Assembly: GCA_963787255.1 (NCBI GenBank)
Contig: CAWBCJ010000010.1
Location: 128,001-192,000, forward strand
Origin: Methanobacteriota archaeon
GTDB taxonomy: Archaea > Methanobacteriota > Methanobacteria > Methanobacteriales > Methanobacteriaceae
DNA: 64,000 nt
Direction of reading: 5' to 3'
Shown here: positions 44,005 through 54,398 of the stretch, piece after piece
Layout of the letters: the number at the start of each line of letters is the position of its first letter
Numbering within the stretch: the first letter of the stretch is position 1
The notes under the pieces: generated by a model
Seen by the model: only the letters and a program-made list of their open reading frames with translations
The model's database searches: none
What the model was told of the DNA's origin: nothing
Made by a program: the position numbers and the translations under genes

Positions 44005-46274
44005 ATTAATAATCAGAACTTCATTGCAATAATAATGTTTTTATGCGTTACTTTAATTAGCTTAAGCGCAGTAAGCGCAGATACACAAATAGGAACTGAT
44101 TCAAACTCAACAGCGAATTTATCAAGTATAGATACACAAAATAATGTAAATTTGAGTGAAAATGAATCAGGAAACCAAAATAATCAATATAATCAAGATA
44201 AATCGTCAAAAGCTGCAGAAAATTCTAATTTAAATTCTGTAGAAAATCAGAATTCATATGAAAGTGCAGATATCATGGCTGCAGGTTCAGATAGTACAGA
44301 ATCTTTCAGCGTAGATCAAATAAAAGACGCGGCTTCACGTGTTAGAAATCATGTTGAGACTAATAGTAGTTTACCCAATTACGTGCTAATAGGATCCAGT
44401 CAAATTAGCATGCCCCAATTTTTGGAATTATTAACCAGTGCGTTACTGCAAATTAACAGTGGAAACAACAATTCAATGCCATTAATGGATTTCAGTGCAC
44501 CAACAAGCCCAATTGAAAATATTCATGCTGGAAATATTTATAAAGCAGAGTATTTGAAGATTGCAAATGATGTTAAAAACTATATGGATAGTAGTGGTAA
44601 AACACCAGACTTCGCATACGGGACTAGTCTGGGAACATGTCTTAGGATTTGAGAATTTGGTTTATATGTACAGCATGATCCTAGACTACCATAAAACCAG
44701 TGGTAAGGTGGCTGACTGGGCAGGGATGGAACCATGGAGTGTTATAATTTCAAAGCCTGTTGTGGATCCAAATGCGCCAAAATTCAGTATAGATCAAATT
44801 AAGGCCGCTGCATCAACTGTAAGAGGTCAAATTGAGTCTAGTCATAAGTTACCGGAATTCGTGGAAATTGGGTCCAGTCAGGTTACTATGTCGCAGTTTC
44901 TAGAATTATTAACCAGTGCTTTACTGCAAATTAACAGTGGAAAGAACAATCCGATGCCATTAATGAATTTCACTGCCCCAACAAGTCCAAAAGACAATAT
45001 TCATGCTGGAAACATCTATAAAGCAGAGTATTTAAAGATTGCAAATGACGTTAAAAACTATATGGATAGTAGTGGTAAAACACCAGACTTCGCATACGGT
45101 ACTAGTCTGGGCACTTGTCTTGGATTCCAAAACCTAGTCTACATGTACACTATGATCCTAGATTACTACAACACCAGCGGTAAGGTGGCTGACTGGGCAG
45201 GGATGGAACCATGGAGTGTTATAGTATCTAAACCTGTTGTGGATCCAAATGCACCAAAGTTCAGTGTGGATCAGATTAAAGATGCTGCATCAACTGTGAA
45301 GAGGTCAAATTGAAACTAATCATGTTTTACCTGGTTCTGTATTAATAGGGTCAACCCAAGTTAGCATGTCACAGTTCCTAGAACTATTAACCACTGCAAT
45401 ATTGCAAATTAACAGTGGAAACAACAATTCAATACCATTAAGGAATTTTACAGCACCAACAAGTTCACAAGACAATATTATATCTGGAAATATTTATAAA
45501 GCAGAGTATTTGAAGATTGCAAACGACGTTAAAAACTATATGGACAGTAGTGGTAAAACACCAGACTACGCGTACGGAACAAGCTTAGGAACATGTCTTG
45601 GATTTGAGAATTTGGTTTATATGTACAGCATGATTCTGGATTACCATAAAACCAGTGGTAAGGTGGCTGATTTTGCAATGATGAAACCATGGAATGCTTT
45701 AGGAGCGACAGATTATGGAAAGGTGGAAAAACTAGGGCCTTTTGGTAATATAAATTCACCAGTAAAAATTGCATATATTGTTGGAGTACATCCAATAGAA
45801 CATGCTTCTCATCAAGCACTAATTGAATCTATAAAAGATAATAACAGTCTTCTAAACTATTGTTATTATATCTATAAAGTCACTGTAACAAAAGATGCTA
45901 ATAATTATGAAAAAGGTCGAATGAACGGACAATTACTTGCCAACAAATTTGTTGTACCGGACATTATAAATGAAAAATTCAATTTAGCCATTGATGTTCA
46001 CTCTAATGTAGGAAACTGGCAATATAGAAGGTTTATTTTTAGTCCAGTTCCAGGAACTAGTGCTGAATCAATTGCAAGAACAATCAAAAATGAAATGGGA
46101 TGGTTAACATATTATGTTCCGCCTAATCCTACTAGCACACAATATGTAACTGTTCCTTTGATACAGGGAGGAATACCAGCAGTAGTATTTGAAGTATATA
46201 CCTACGACGCGTATGATATAGTCAAAAATCAGGTGAATCAATTGGTAATAACAGTTAACAACCTATTTTCATAA
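44005..46274 (+). pseudogene. Secreted pseudomurein-binding repeat protein with C-terminal M14-like zinc peptidase domain, split by two +1 frameshifts
   Basis: Three track ORFs join into one; extra bases at 44644 and ~45298 are visible by comparing internal repeats; 2270 nt = 756 codons + 2. Confidence 0.8.
44305..45693 (+). repeat. Three tandem ~477-bp (159-aa) intragenic PMB repeat units
   Basis: Units start at 44305, 44783 and 45260 (TTCAG..GATCA); long near-identical stretches such as AAAGCAGAGTATTT.AAGATTGCAAA. Confidence 0.9.
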
Positions 46275-46485
46275 GGTATAACTTTTTCCCCTACGTTATA
46301 CTTTATTAACTGTGCTTGGTATGGTTATCAATTGGTATACTACCATCATTTGGAGTTTTAATGATTTTTGACGTTTATATTTTGTATATAGGTGAGAAAC
46401 AAGCAAGTTTTGTATATGAATATTTATTAAATTATTAATACGATTAAAAACAAATCCCTAACAATAAAAGTCGTGGAGGTTTTAC

Positions 46486-46715
46486 ATGAAAAAAATGGCG
46501 TTAATATTGGCTTTAATGCTTGTTTTAGGAATAGTATTCATTTCAGGTTGTACTCAGCAACAAAATACAACTAGAAATACTTCAAGCCAAAATCAGAGTG
46601 GAATCAGCCAGGACAGGGAATAGGGAATAAATCTATTATAAACAACAAAAATATGTCAAATTTAACCAATAAAACAGTATCTAACAATTCTAGTGGTGTT
46701 GGAATAAAATACTGA
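46486..46715 (+). pseudogene. Small lipoprotein with an apparent -1 frameshift near 46602
   Basis: SD GGAGGT, MKKMALILALMLVLGIVFISGC lipobox; stop at 46621 unless shifted into NQPGQGIGNKS...GIKY*. Confidence 0.6.
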
Positions 46716-46724
46716 TTAAAAAAT

Positions 46725-47291
46725 TTATCCTTTATTTTTTTTATCCAGAATTGAATTTATCTGTGCATTTACATTTTCAATACTGCCTGTAGCATTTATT
46801 ATGTGCCATCCGTCAGCTAATTTTAAAACTTTTTCCCTTACCTTAACCAGATCTTGAAGATTTTCAAACATTTCCTCATCATCCCGTGTTTGAAGCCTTT
46901 TAAGGGCCTCTTGAGGTTCCACATCCAAAAAGAACATATATTCGGATGTTGGTAAAATAGTTTCAAAGAATTTGTAAAAGAGTTTTGCAAGGGGAAATGG
47001 TAAATATGCCACCCCCATGAGATAACGAACAAAAATAACTGTATCTGATTTTCTATAATACATTTTAACGGATCTAATGACATCTAATGCATAATAAAGT
47101 GACGCACTAATTTTATTAAACTTTCCACTTCCAAGAAGGGCTTTTTTTGCCTTAATACCATATGAATTATCGTTGGATGGATGTGAACGTAAAATGACAC
47201 TTTTACCTCTTTCCAGATATTTCCGTCTTATCAAATTAGCCTGTGTATCTTTCCCCGAACCATCTAACCCATCAATGATTATAAAACGCAT
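46725..47291 (-). CDS. Thymidylate kinase-like P-loop kinase (atypical)
   Basis: DGLDGSGKDT P-loop; FVRY in place of the DR motif. Confidence 0.85.
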   Translation of the reverse strand: MRFIIIDGLDGSGKDTQANLIRRKYLERGKSVILRSHPSNDNSYGIKAKKALLGSGKFNKISASLYYALDVIRSVKMYYRKSDTVIFVRYLMGVAYLPFPLAKLFYKFFETILPTSEYMFFLDVEPQEALKRLQTRDDEEMFENLQDLVKVREKVLKLADGWHIINATGSIENVNAQINSILDKKNKG

Positions 47292-47386
47292 TTAAACACC
47301 GTTATAATACTCAAAAAGTGTGGAAGAATTTATTTTTGATTATTTTATAGTTTATTATTTTTTAATGTTGAATAAAAATCATGCTT

Positions 47387-48043
47387 TTAAAAAGTTGTAA
47401 GTAGAAGATATGTTCCAACTGCTCCAAAACATGCAGTTAAATTATCTAGCCCTTTAGGAGTTATTCCTTCTAAAACGGTTGCAACAAGTGCTATAACTGG
47501 TATAATAATGAAATTAGAAGGTAGAACGGTATAATAACTTAATACTATCCATAAAGTTGCTATTAGGACTAAAAACATGGCTAATGATCCTTCTATGCTC
47601 TTAGAATCTCCAAATATGTTATACTTTCTTTTTCCAATCCTTTCTCCTACAAGAGATGCTATTCCATCACCATAGGACATTGCAGCTATACCCACTGCTA
47701 TAACCCACGGCTGGTCAAAGAACAGGAAAGCGAGCACTGTCCATGAAATTGCATAGTAAATCAGACCTAAACCGTGTCCTGAAGATGAAAGCCCATCTCT
47801 TATTTTAAGTGGAGAATAAGGGCTCATTAAATAGGTCAAAGGAATGAAAGGTGCGGCAGCAAGGAATGTAATAACCCACCATGTGTCAAATAAAGGTAAA
47901 ATAAAAAGAATATTCCCTACCATTATGTGCAGAAACTTTCTGCTGAACCGAGGATGTTTATTTATTGCCTTTTCAGAGATTAAAAGTAGAATGGCCACGT
48001 ATCCATATACAAATAGAAGGCCAATAAAATCACTGGTTGTCAT
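47387..48043 (-). CDS. SEC59/DGK1/VTE5 family CTP-dependent polyprenol/diacylglycerol kinase
   Basis: RKFLHI, GDGIASLVG, KSIEGS, LDNL motifs. Confidence 0.9.
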   Translation of the reverse strand: MTTSDFIGLLFVYGYVAILLLISEKAINKHPRFSRKFLHIMVGNILFILPLFDTWWVITFLAAAPFIPLTYLMSPYSPLKIRDGLSSSGHGLGLIYYAISWTVLAFLFFDQPWVIAVGIAAMSYGDGIASLVGERIGKRKYNIFGDSKSIEGSLAMFLVLIATLWIVLSYYTVLPSNFIIIPVIALVATVLEGITPKGLDNLTACFGAVGTYLLLTTF

Positions 48044-48152
48044 AAGTTTTAGTAGTCTTTTTGAATATAAGTGGATTTGTATTAATTTATTTTTGTTGAA
48101 AATTATTAATTTTAAATAACTGGGTAAATAAAAATATTAGCATGGTTAAAAA

Positions 48153-48659
48153 ATGAAATCTGGAAAATTATATGCAGGGGGAACATTAATATGTAATGAT
48201 AAAGAGGGAATAATCGGCGCAGTAATTAAATACAAAGGAAAAAGCTGCGTTTTGACCGCATATCATATATTAAAGGTTGGAAACTGCGAATTAGGTAATA
48301 AAATAAGTTTTAATGGCACTGATGGTCGTGTAATTGAAATATTAATAGATCACGACTTGGCAATAATTGAAATAGTGACTTCTAAATCGGATTTTAAATT
48401 TTCAGATATTGGAACGCCTGAAATAGGACCGGCATATGCCCTTAAGGGGAGTTTTAAAAATCCATGCAATATTATGACGATTGGTAAGACTTATCATTAT
48501 CTTTCATTTCCATTCAAGACTTTACCTCTTCCTGGAGACAGTGGATCACCAATAATTCAAAATGGAAAGGTAGTAGGAATATTAGTATCAGTATTTCACA
48601 CCAATGCTAATGGAATTGCAATATCTCTTGATTTTATAAAAAACCAAAATGGGATTTAA
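48153..48659 (+). CDS. Trypsin-like (S1) serine protease domain without signal peptide
   Basis: LTAYH, DHDLA and GDSGSP catalytic triad motifs. Confidence 0.8.
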   Translation: MKSGKLYAGGTLICNDKEGIIGAVIKYKGKSCVLTAYHILKVGNCELGNKISFNGTDGRVIEILIDHDLAIIEIVTSKSDFKFSDIGTPEIGPAYALKGSFKNPCNIMTIGKTYHYLSFPFKTLPLPGDSGSPIIQNGKVVGILVSVFHTNANGIAISLDFIKNQNGI

Positions 48660-48773
48660 TTATTTAAAATCTTTTTAGAGCTAATAAATATTTTTAGTAA
48701 TAAATAAATAAAATTAGTATAATAAATATTTAAAATGAAACGGAGTTTTATTTAATATAAATGAATTATAAGA

Positions 48774-49133
48774 ATGGAGTTGATTAATTTGGCAGAAGTT
48801 TTAGAGCCTGTAACATTCGGCCTTGAAATAGAAGGCACAAAAAGTGATTTAATAATTCCTGAAGAGTTTATAAGAGATTTCCATTTTTCAACTGACCAGC
48901 ATCTTATGATAATGATACGGGTCGTTGGTGGGGATGCAGTGAAGGTTAGGGATTACTTCCAGGACACTGAAGGCGAAATTTTTAACTTAAAAACCGTTGA
49001 AGGCAATGGCCAGGAAATAAATGATGAATTTTTATTGACTGATATGCATATGGACGAGGGCCCTTCACTTGGCGTTGATATAGATCAAGAGCAGGGAATG
49101 GTTAGATTAATACTTGATTTTAAGATGAAATAA
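48774..49133 (+). CDS. Hypothetical acidic protein
   Basis: Clean ORF with protein-like composition. Confidence 0.7.
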   Translation: MELINLAEVLEPVTFGLEIEGTKSDLIIPEEFIRDFHFSTDQHLMIMIRVVGGDAVKVRDYFQDTEGEIFNLKTVEGNGQEINDEFLLTDMHMDEGPSLGVDIDQEQGMVRLILDFKMK

Positions 49134-49381
49134 CTTAAAATTTCATATAAAACCTTATTTTTTTATAATTTATCTCATTTTTTAATTCATTGAGGATATA
49201 TGGTGCTGTTTAGGAGTATATTTCTATTTTTCGGTAAATTTTAATAGCTATAACGAACATATATTTTTTTAGAAAAAATATTTCTTCATATTGATTTATT
49301 TGATTATTATGTGTTTAAGGGCTTTTTCAACGATTTTAAAGATGTAATATTAGTTTAACTTAAGTTGGAGGTGTGCCTTTT

Positions 49382-50071
49382 ATGGTGTCTATTAGTGATA
49401 ATTTTTTCGACCTTCCTGAACTTAGAAACCGAGCAGGAGTTTTTAAAGACAGGGAACATGCCGGAGAGGTTCTTTCTGAAATTATGAAGCAATATAAAAG
49501 TTCAGATGCAGTTGTTTTTGCAATTCCTGCAGGAGGAGTTCCAGTAGGGGCCACAATCGCTGAAAATCTACAAATTCCCCTAGATGTGGCAGTGGTAAGC
49601 AAAATCACCCTTCCCTGGAACACTGAAGCAGGTTATGGTGCAGTTGCTTTTGATGGTACAGTTCGTATAAACCGAGATATAGTTTCACGAACGGGGCTTA
49701 GTGAAGGTGAAATTGAAAATGGAATCGAAAAAACATTGAATAAAGTAAAAAAACGTGTTATGATGTTTAGGGAGGGCAAACCTCCACTTCAGGTAAAAGG
49801 AAGACCTGTTATCTTGGTGGATGATGGAATTGCATCAGGGTTTACCATGTTGGTAGCTGTAGAAGCCCTTAAAAAGTCAGGTGCTGATCAAGTAATTATA
49901 GCGGTTCCAACAGGAAACTGGCAAGCTATAGAAAATGTTGTTTCAAACGTTGAAGCGTTATATTGTGCGAATCTTAGAAGTGGATGGACATTTGCAGTTG
50001 CAGATGCATACGTGAACTGGTCAGACGTAACAGAGGAGGAAGTTATTGAAATTTTAAAATCATTTAAATAA
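49382..50071 (+). CDS. Phosphoribosyltransferase family protein
   Basis: FKDREHAG, PAGGVPV, VILVDDGIASGFT. Confidence 0.9.
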   Translation: MVSISDNFFDLPELRNRAGVFKDREHAGEVLSEIMKQYKSSDAVVFAIPAGGVPVGATIAENLQIPLDVAVVSKITLPWNTEAGYGAVAFDGTVRINRDIVSRTGLSEGEIENGIEKTLNKVKKRVMMFREGKPPLQVKGRPVILVDDGIASGFTMLVAVEALKKSGADQVIIAVPTGNWQAIENVVSNVEALYCANLRSGWTFAVADAYVNWSDVTEEEVIEILKSFK

Positions 50072-50170
50072 AATAATAATTGAGTCCTGATTTTAAACCT
50101 CTATTAAGATAAATATTATTAGTTTCAAGAATAATTATTAGGTATTCAAACATTTTAAGAGGTTTATTTT

Positions 50171-50626
50171 ATGTTAGGCGAAAAAGAATTAATAAAACTA
50201 TTTCCAGAATTTAAAGAGCTTATACAACCTTCAGGAATTGATTTAAGATTAGATAATGTTTTCATACAAAAAAGTGGCGGATCTCTAATCGATAATGAAA
50301 AAAATCTGCCAGAATTGGAGAAATTAGAACCGCCTATTTACACTTTAAAGCCAAAAACAGCTTATTCAGTTACGGTAGAACCTAAAGTGAAAATTCCAAA
50401 AGGATGTTCCATGCTTTATCTCCCACGGTCAACTCTTAATCGGTCATTTATTTCAGTTCATACAGCAGTTGGAGATCCTGGATTTTATGGAACTCTGCAA
50501 TTCATGCTTTATAACTATGGAGAATTTGATTACACTATTAAAAAAGGAGAAAGAATTGCTCAAGCTGTTGTATTTGATGTTACCGGTTCTGGAGAATACA
50601 ATGGCAGCTATCAAGAAAAAGAATAA
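50171..50626 (+). CDS. dut: dUTPase / dCTP deaminase family protein
   Basis: QPSGIDLR, PRSTLNR, DPGFYG, GERIAQ, YNGSYQ. Confidence 0.85.
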   Translation: MLGEKELIKLFPEFKELIQPSGIDLRLDNVFIQKSGGSLIDNEKNLPELEKLEPPIYTLKPKTAYSVTVEPKVKIPKGCSMLYLPRSTLNRSFISVHTAVGDPGFYGTLQFMLYNYGEFDYTIKKGERIAQAVVFDVTGSGEYNGSYQEKE

Positions 50627-50658
50627 TCCTTATTCTAAAAAATGAAAAATTTAGGGAA

Positions 50659-52611
50659 TTAAATGGCTTTATCCAGTCCGTCAACTGCTTCTGGATTTGC
50701 AAGGGTGCTTATATCACCTACATCTTCTCCTTTAACTTTTGCTTTTATTACTCTTCTCATTATTTTCCCGCTTCTTGTTTTAGGAAGATCATCAACAAAA
50801 TATACGTATTTTGGCGTTGCAATAGGCCCTATTTCAATTTTAACATGATATTTTAGGGCATCATTTAGTTCAGGTGAAGTTTTGTAGTTTGATTTTAAAA
50901 TGACAAATGCTGTTATTTCTTCACCTTTTATTGGATCGGGTTTCCCGACAACTGCAGCTTCAGCCACTGCTTCATGGCTTACAAGCGCCGATTCAACTTC
51001 AGCAGTACTTATTCTATGTCCAGCTACGTTTAAAACGTCGTCTTCACGTCCTTGAATCCAGAAATAACCTTCATCATCTTTTCTTGCCACGTCTCCGCTT
51101 AAATAATTACCTTTAAATTCGCTCCAGTATGCATCAATGTATCTTTGAGGATCCTTGTATAGGGTCCTAAACATGGATGGCCAGGGAGTTTTAATAACAA
51201 GATGTCCTCCTTTATCTGTTAATGGATTTCCTTCTTCATCAAATATATCTGCTTCAATTGTTGGGAATGGCTTTACTGCTGAACCTGGTTTAAGTGTAGA
51301 TATGGGTAGAGGTGTAATAAGGTGCATTCCAGTTTCTGTCTGCCACCATGTATCCATTATAGGGCATTTTTCCCCTCCAATATACTTATAATACCATATC
51401 CATGCTTCGGGGTTAATTGGTTCGCCTACAGATCCTAAAAGTCTCAATGAACTTATATCATATTTATCAGGCCATTTTTCACCGTATTTCATGAACATTC
51501 GTATTGTTGTAGGTGCTGTATAAAAAACTGTAACTTTGTAATCTTCTATCATCTTCCAGAACCTTCCAGGATCTGGATAATCAGGAGTACCTTCAAACAT
51601 GACTGATGTTGCACCGCAAAGTAGTGGAGCATAGACTATATAGCTGTGCCCGGTGATCCAGCCAATATCAGCTGCACACCACCATATATCCTCGTCTTTA
51701 ATGTCAAAAACAAATTTTTGGGTAGCATATACACCAACAGCATACCCTCCGTGGACATGCATTACTCCTTTTGGTTTTCCTGTTGTTCCAGAGGTGTATA
51801 AAATGAATAGGGGATCTTCTGGGTCCATAGGTTCAGTTTCACAGCGTTCATCCATATTTTCGGTAATTTCATGCCACCAGAGGTCTCTGTAATCATCCAT
51901 TTCAATTTCAAGTCCCGCATGTTTGACTACAATCAAATTTGTTACTGTTGGGGTTTTATCAAGTATGTCATCAACATTTTCTTTAAGAGGAAGGAGTTTA
52001 CCTCTTCTTGTAAATCCATCTGCAGTTATGGCTATTTTTGCCTCAGAATCGTTTATCCTATCTTGAAATGCCTTTGCCCAGAATCCAGAAAATACAACGG
52101 AGTGAATAGCACCTATTTTAGCACAGGCAAGCATTGCAATTGGAAGTTCGAGTATCATGGGTAAATAAATACTAACTCTATCTCCTTTTTTAACGCCTAA
52201 ATTTTTAAGTGCATTTGCAAATTTGTTTACTTCCTTCCACAGTTCAAAATAAGTTATTTTTTTTGTGTTACCATCTTCTGATTCTAAGATATATGCTATT
52301 TTATCTTTATTTTCATTTTTAACGTGCCGGTCTAAAGCATTGTGCACTATGTTAAATTTTCCTTCTAAAAACCATTCTGCATGAGGTGGATTCCATTTTA
52401 AGACTTCTTCATAATTTTGGAACCATTCAAGTTCTCCAGCAATTTCATTCCAAAACCATTCCGGATTTTGGCCTGCTTTTTCTAGTAGTTCATCATAATT
52501 TTTAATTTTATATTTTTTCATCCATCTTGAGATATTGCTTTTTTCTAAAAGCTCATTTGAAGGTTTAAATGTTCGTTCTTCTTTGAGTAATGCCTCTAAA
52601 TCTTTTGACAT
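50659..52611 (-). CDS. acs: Acetyl-CoA synthetase (AMP-forming)
   Basis: [31 protein letters not shown]. Confidence 0.96.
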   Translation of the reverse strand: MSKDLEALLKEERTFKPSNELLEKSNISRWMKKYKIKNYDELLEKAGQNPEWFWNEIAGELEWFQNYEEVLKWNPPHAEWFLEGKFNIVHNALDRHVKNENKDKIAYILESEDGNTKKITYFELWKEVNKFANALKNLGVKKGDRVSIYLPMILELPIAMLACAKIGAIHSVVFSGFWAKAFQDRINDSEAKIAITADGFTRRGKLLPLKENVDDILDKTPTVTNLIVVKHAGLEIEMDDYRDLWWHEITENMDERCETEPMDPEDPLFILYTSGTTGKPKGVMHVHGGYAVGVYATQKFVFDIKDEDIWWCAADIGWITGHSYIVYAPLLCGATSVMFEGTPDYPDPGRFWKMIEDYKVTVFYTAPTTIRMFMKYGEKWPDKYDISSLRLLGSVGEPINPEAWIWYYKYIGGEKCPIMDTWWQTETGMHLITPLPISTLKPGSAVKPFPTIEADIFDEEGNPLTDKGGHLVIKTPWPSMFRTLYKDPQRYIDAYWSEFKGNYLSGDVARKDDEGYFWIQGREDDVLNVAGHRISTAEVESALVSHEAVAEAAVVGKPDPIKGEEITAFVILKSNYKTSPELNDALKYHVKIEIGPIATPKYVYFVDDLPKTRSGKIMRRVIKAKVKGEDVGDISTLANPEAVDGLDKAI

Positions 52612-52741
52612 TTTATCTCCTCAAGTTTTAGAATATTATAATTATGGTAATTTATTATTATTATCTAATTTAAATCATAAAAATTGATTGATTTTTTTGT
52701 TGAATTAAATTTAATTAAAATAAAAACATAATAGTAATATA

Positions 52742-54358
52742 ATGGTGCCGCATGATACTAGGATAAGATGTGCAGATGCTCTTGTTAAAATTTTAGAAGA
52801 GAATGATGTTAAATTTATTTTTGGACATCCTGGAGAACAGATTTTGCCTTTTTACGATGCATTAAGGAGTTCAAGCATTAAACATGTTCTTATGCGTCAT
52901 GAGCAGGGAGCTGCTCATGCTGCAGATGGATATGCGAGGGTTTCATCTAATTTTGGTGTGTGTGTTGCAACAGCCGGTCCGGGGGCTTTAAACTTAACTA
53001 TGGGTATTGCAACTGCTTTTAAAGATTCAGTTCCTATGATTATAATTACTGGAGATGTACCTCGAGATCTTAAAGGTAAGAATGTATTTCAGGACATTGA
53101 TTTGAATGCAATTTTTAAACCTATAACGCTGGAAACGTTTCATATAGAAAGCGTTGAAGATGGTGTTTTGAAATTAAAGGGTGCAATTGAATTAATTAAG
53201 CATGGTAAAACGGGGCCGGTTCATCTAAATTTTCCTAAAGATGTTCTTGAGGATTTTGTTGATATAGAAGTTCTAAATGAAAATGTGGAATTTTCAACAA
53301 TGCCTCCGTTAAAGGGGATTGAATATGCAATTAAATTAATGGAAAGTTCTGAAAGGCCGCTTATTCTTGCTGGTACTGGTATTATATGGGCACATGCTGT
53401 GGATGAATTTAGAGATTTTGTTATAAGAAATTCTATTCCAGTTGCAACAACCTACTCTGCAAGGGGTGTTTTATCTGAAGACCATCCTTTGTGTCTTGGA
53501 ATGATTGGTCTTAGGGGTACTACTGCTGCTAACTTTGCAGGTAAAAATTGTGACCTCCTTATTGCCTTAGGATGTAGATTTTCAGAAAGAACAAGATTAG
53601 GAATTGGAAAAACGGAAATAATTCATGTAAACCCTGATCCGAATGTTCTTGAAGGAAATATTAAAATTCAAGGAGATGCAGGTGAATTTTTAAATAAAAT
53701 AAAGGATATAAATGTTACTAGCAAAGATGAATGGCTTAAAGAATTGCAAAACCACAAAAGAAGTTACAATATTAAAACTAACTACAGTGATATTCCAATA
53801 AAGCCTCAAAGGGCAATAAAGGAAATATTGGATGCTTCAGATGATGCAATAACTATTAGTGATGCGGGAACACATACTACTTGGGTTAATCTTCTTAAAA
53901 AGATCACCAGGCCGTCTGAACTGATTTTTTCCGGTGGATTCGGGCCAATGGGCTATGGTCTACCGGCAGCTATCGGTGCTTCACTTGCAAATCCTAAAAA
54001 AAAGGTTGTTTTAGTAGTTGGCGACGGTGGATTCCAGATGACGGAGCAGGAACTTGCAGTAATAGCTCAAGAAAAAATTGGGGTTCTGATTTGTATTATA
54101 AACAATTGTTGTCTTGGAATCATAAAACAGTGGCAAGATATGAATTATAGGGAAAGATATGAGGTTGAACTTGAAAATCCTGACTTCGTTGAGCTTGCAA
54201 AGGCATATGGTATTAAAGGAGAAAGAGTAGGTGCTCCGGATGATGTGTATAATGCAGTTAAAAAAGGATTAGGGTTGGAAGAACCATATTTAATTGATAT
54301 AATGGTTGATAAGGAAGAAGGAATAATTTTACCTAAGGTAAGCCCTCCAGAACATTAA
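52742..54358 (+). CDS. ilvB: Acetolactate synthase large subunit-like TPP enzyme
   Basis: RHEQGAAHAADGYAR, GPGALN, GDGGFQM...NN. Confidence 0.85.
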   Translation: MVPHDTRIRCADALVKILEENDVKFIFGHPGEQILPFYDALRSSSIKHVLMRHEQGAAHAADGYARVSSNFGVCVATAGPGALNLTMGIATAFKDSVPMIIITGDVPRDLKGKNVFQDIDLNAIFKPITLETFHIESVEDGVLKLKGAIELIKHGKTGPVHLNFPKDVLEDFVDIEVLNENVEFSTMPPLKGIEYAIKLMESSERPLILAGTGIIWAHAVDEFRDFVIRNSIPVATTYSARGVLSEDHPLCLGMIGLRGTTAANFAGKNCDLLIALGCRFSERTRLGIGKTEIIHVNPDPNVLEGNIKIQGDAGEFLNKIKDINVTSKDEWLKELQNHKRSYNIKTNYSDIPIKPQRAIKEILDASDDAITISDAGTHTTWVNLLKKITRPSELIFSGGFGPMGYGLPAAIGASLANPKKKVVLVVGDGGFQMTEQELAVIAQEKIGVLICIINNCCLGIIKQWQDMNYRERYEVELENPDFVELAKAYGIKGERVGAPDDVYNAVKKGLGLEEPYLIDIMVDKEEGIILPKVSPPEH

Positions 54359-54398
54359 TATTATTAGTATGAAAATAAATAGTATATAGTGTGATTGT

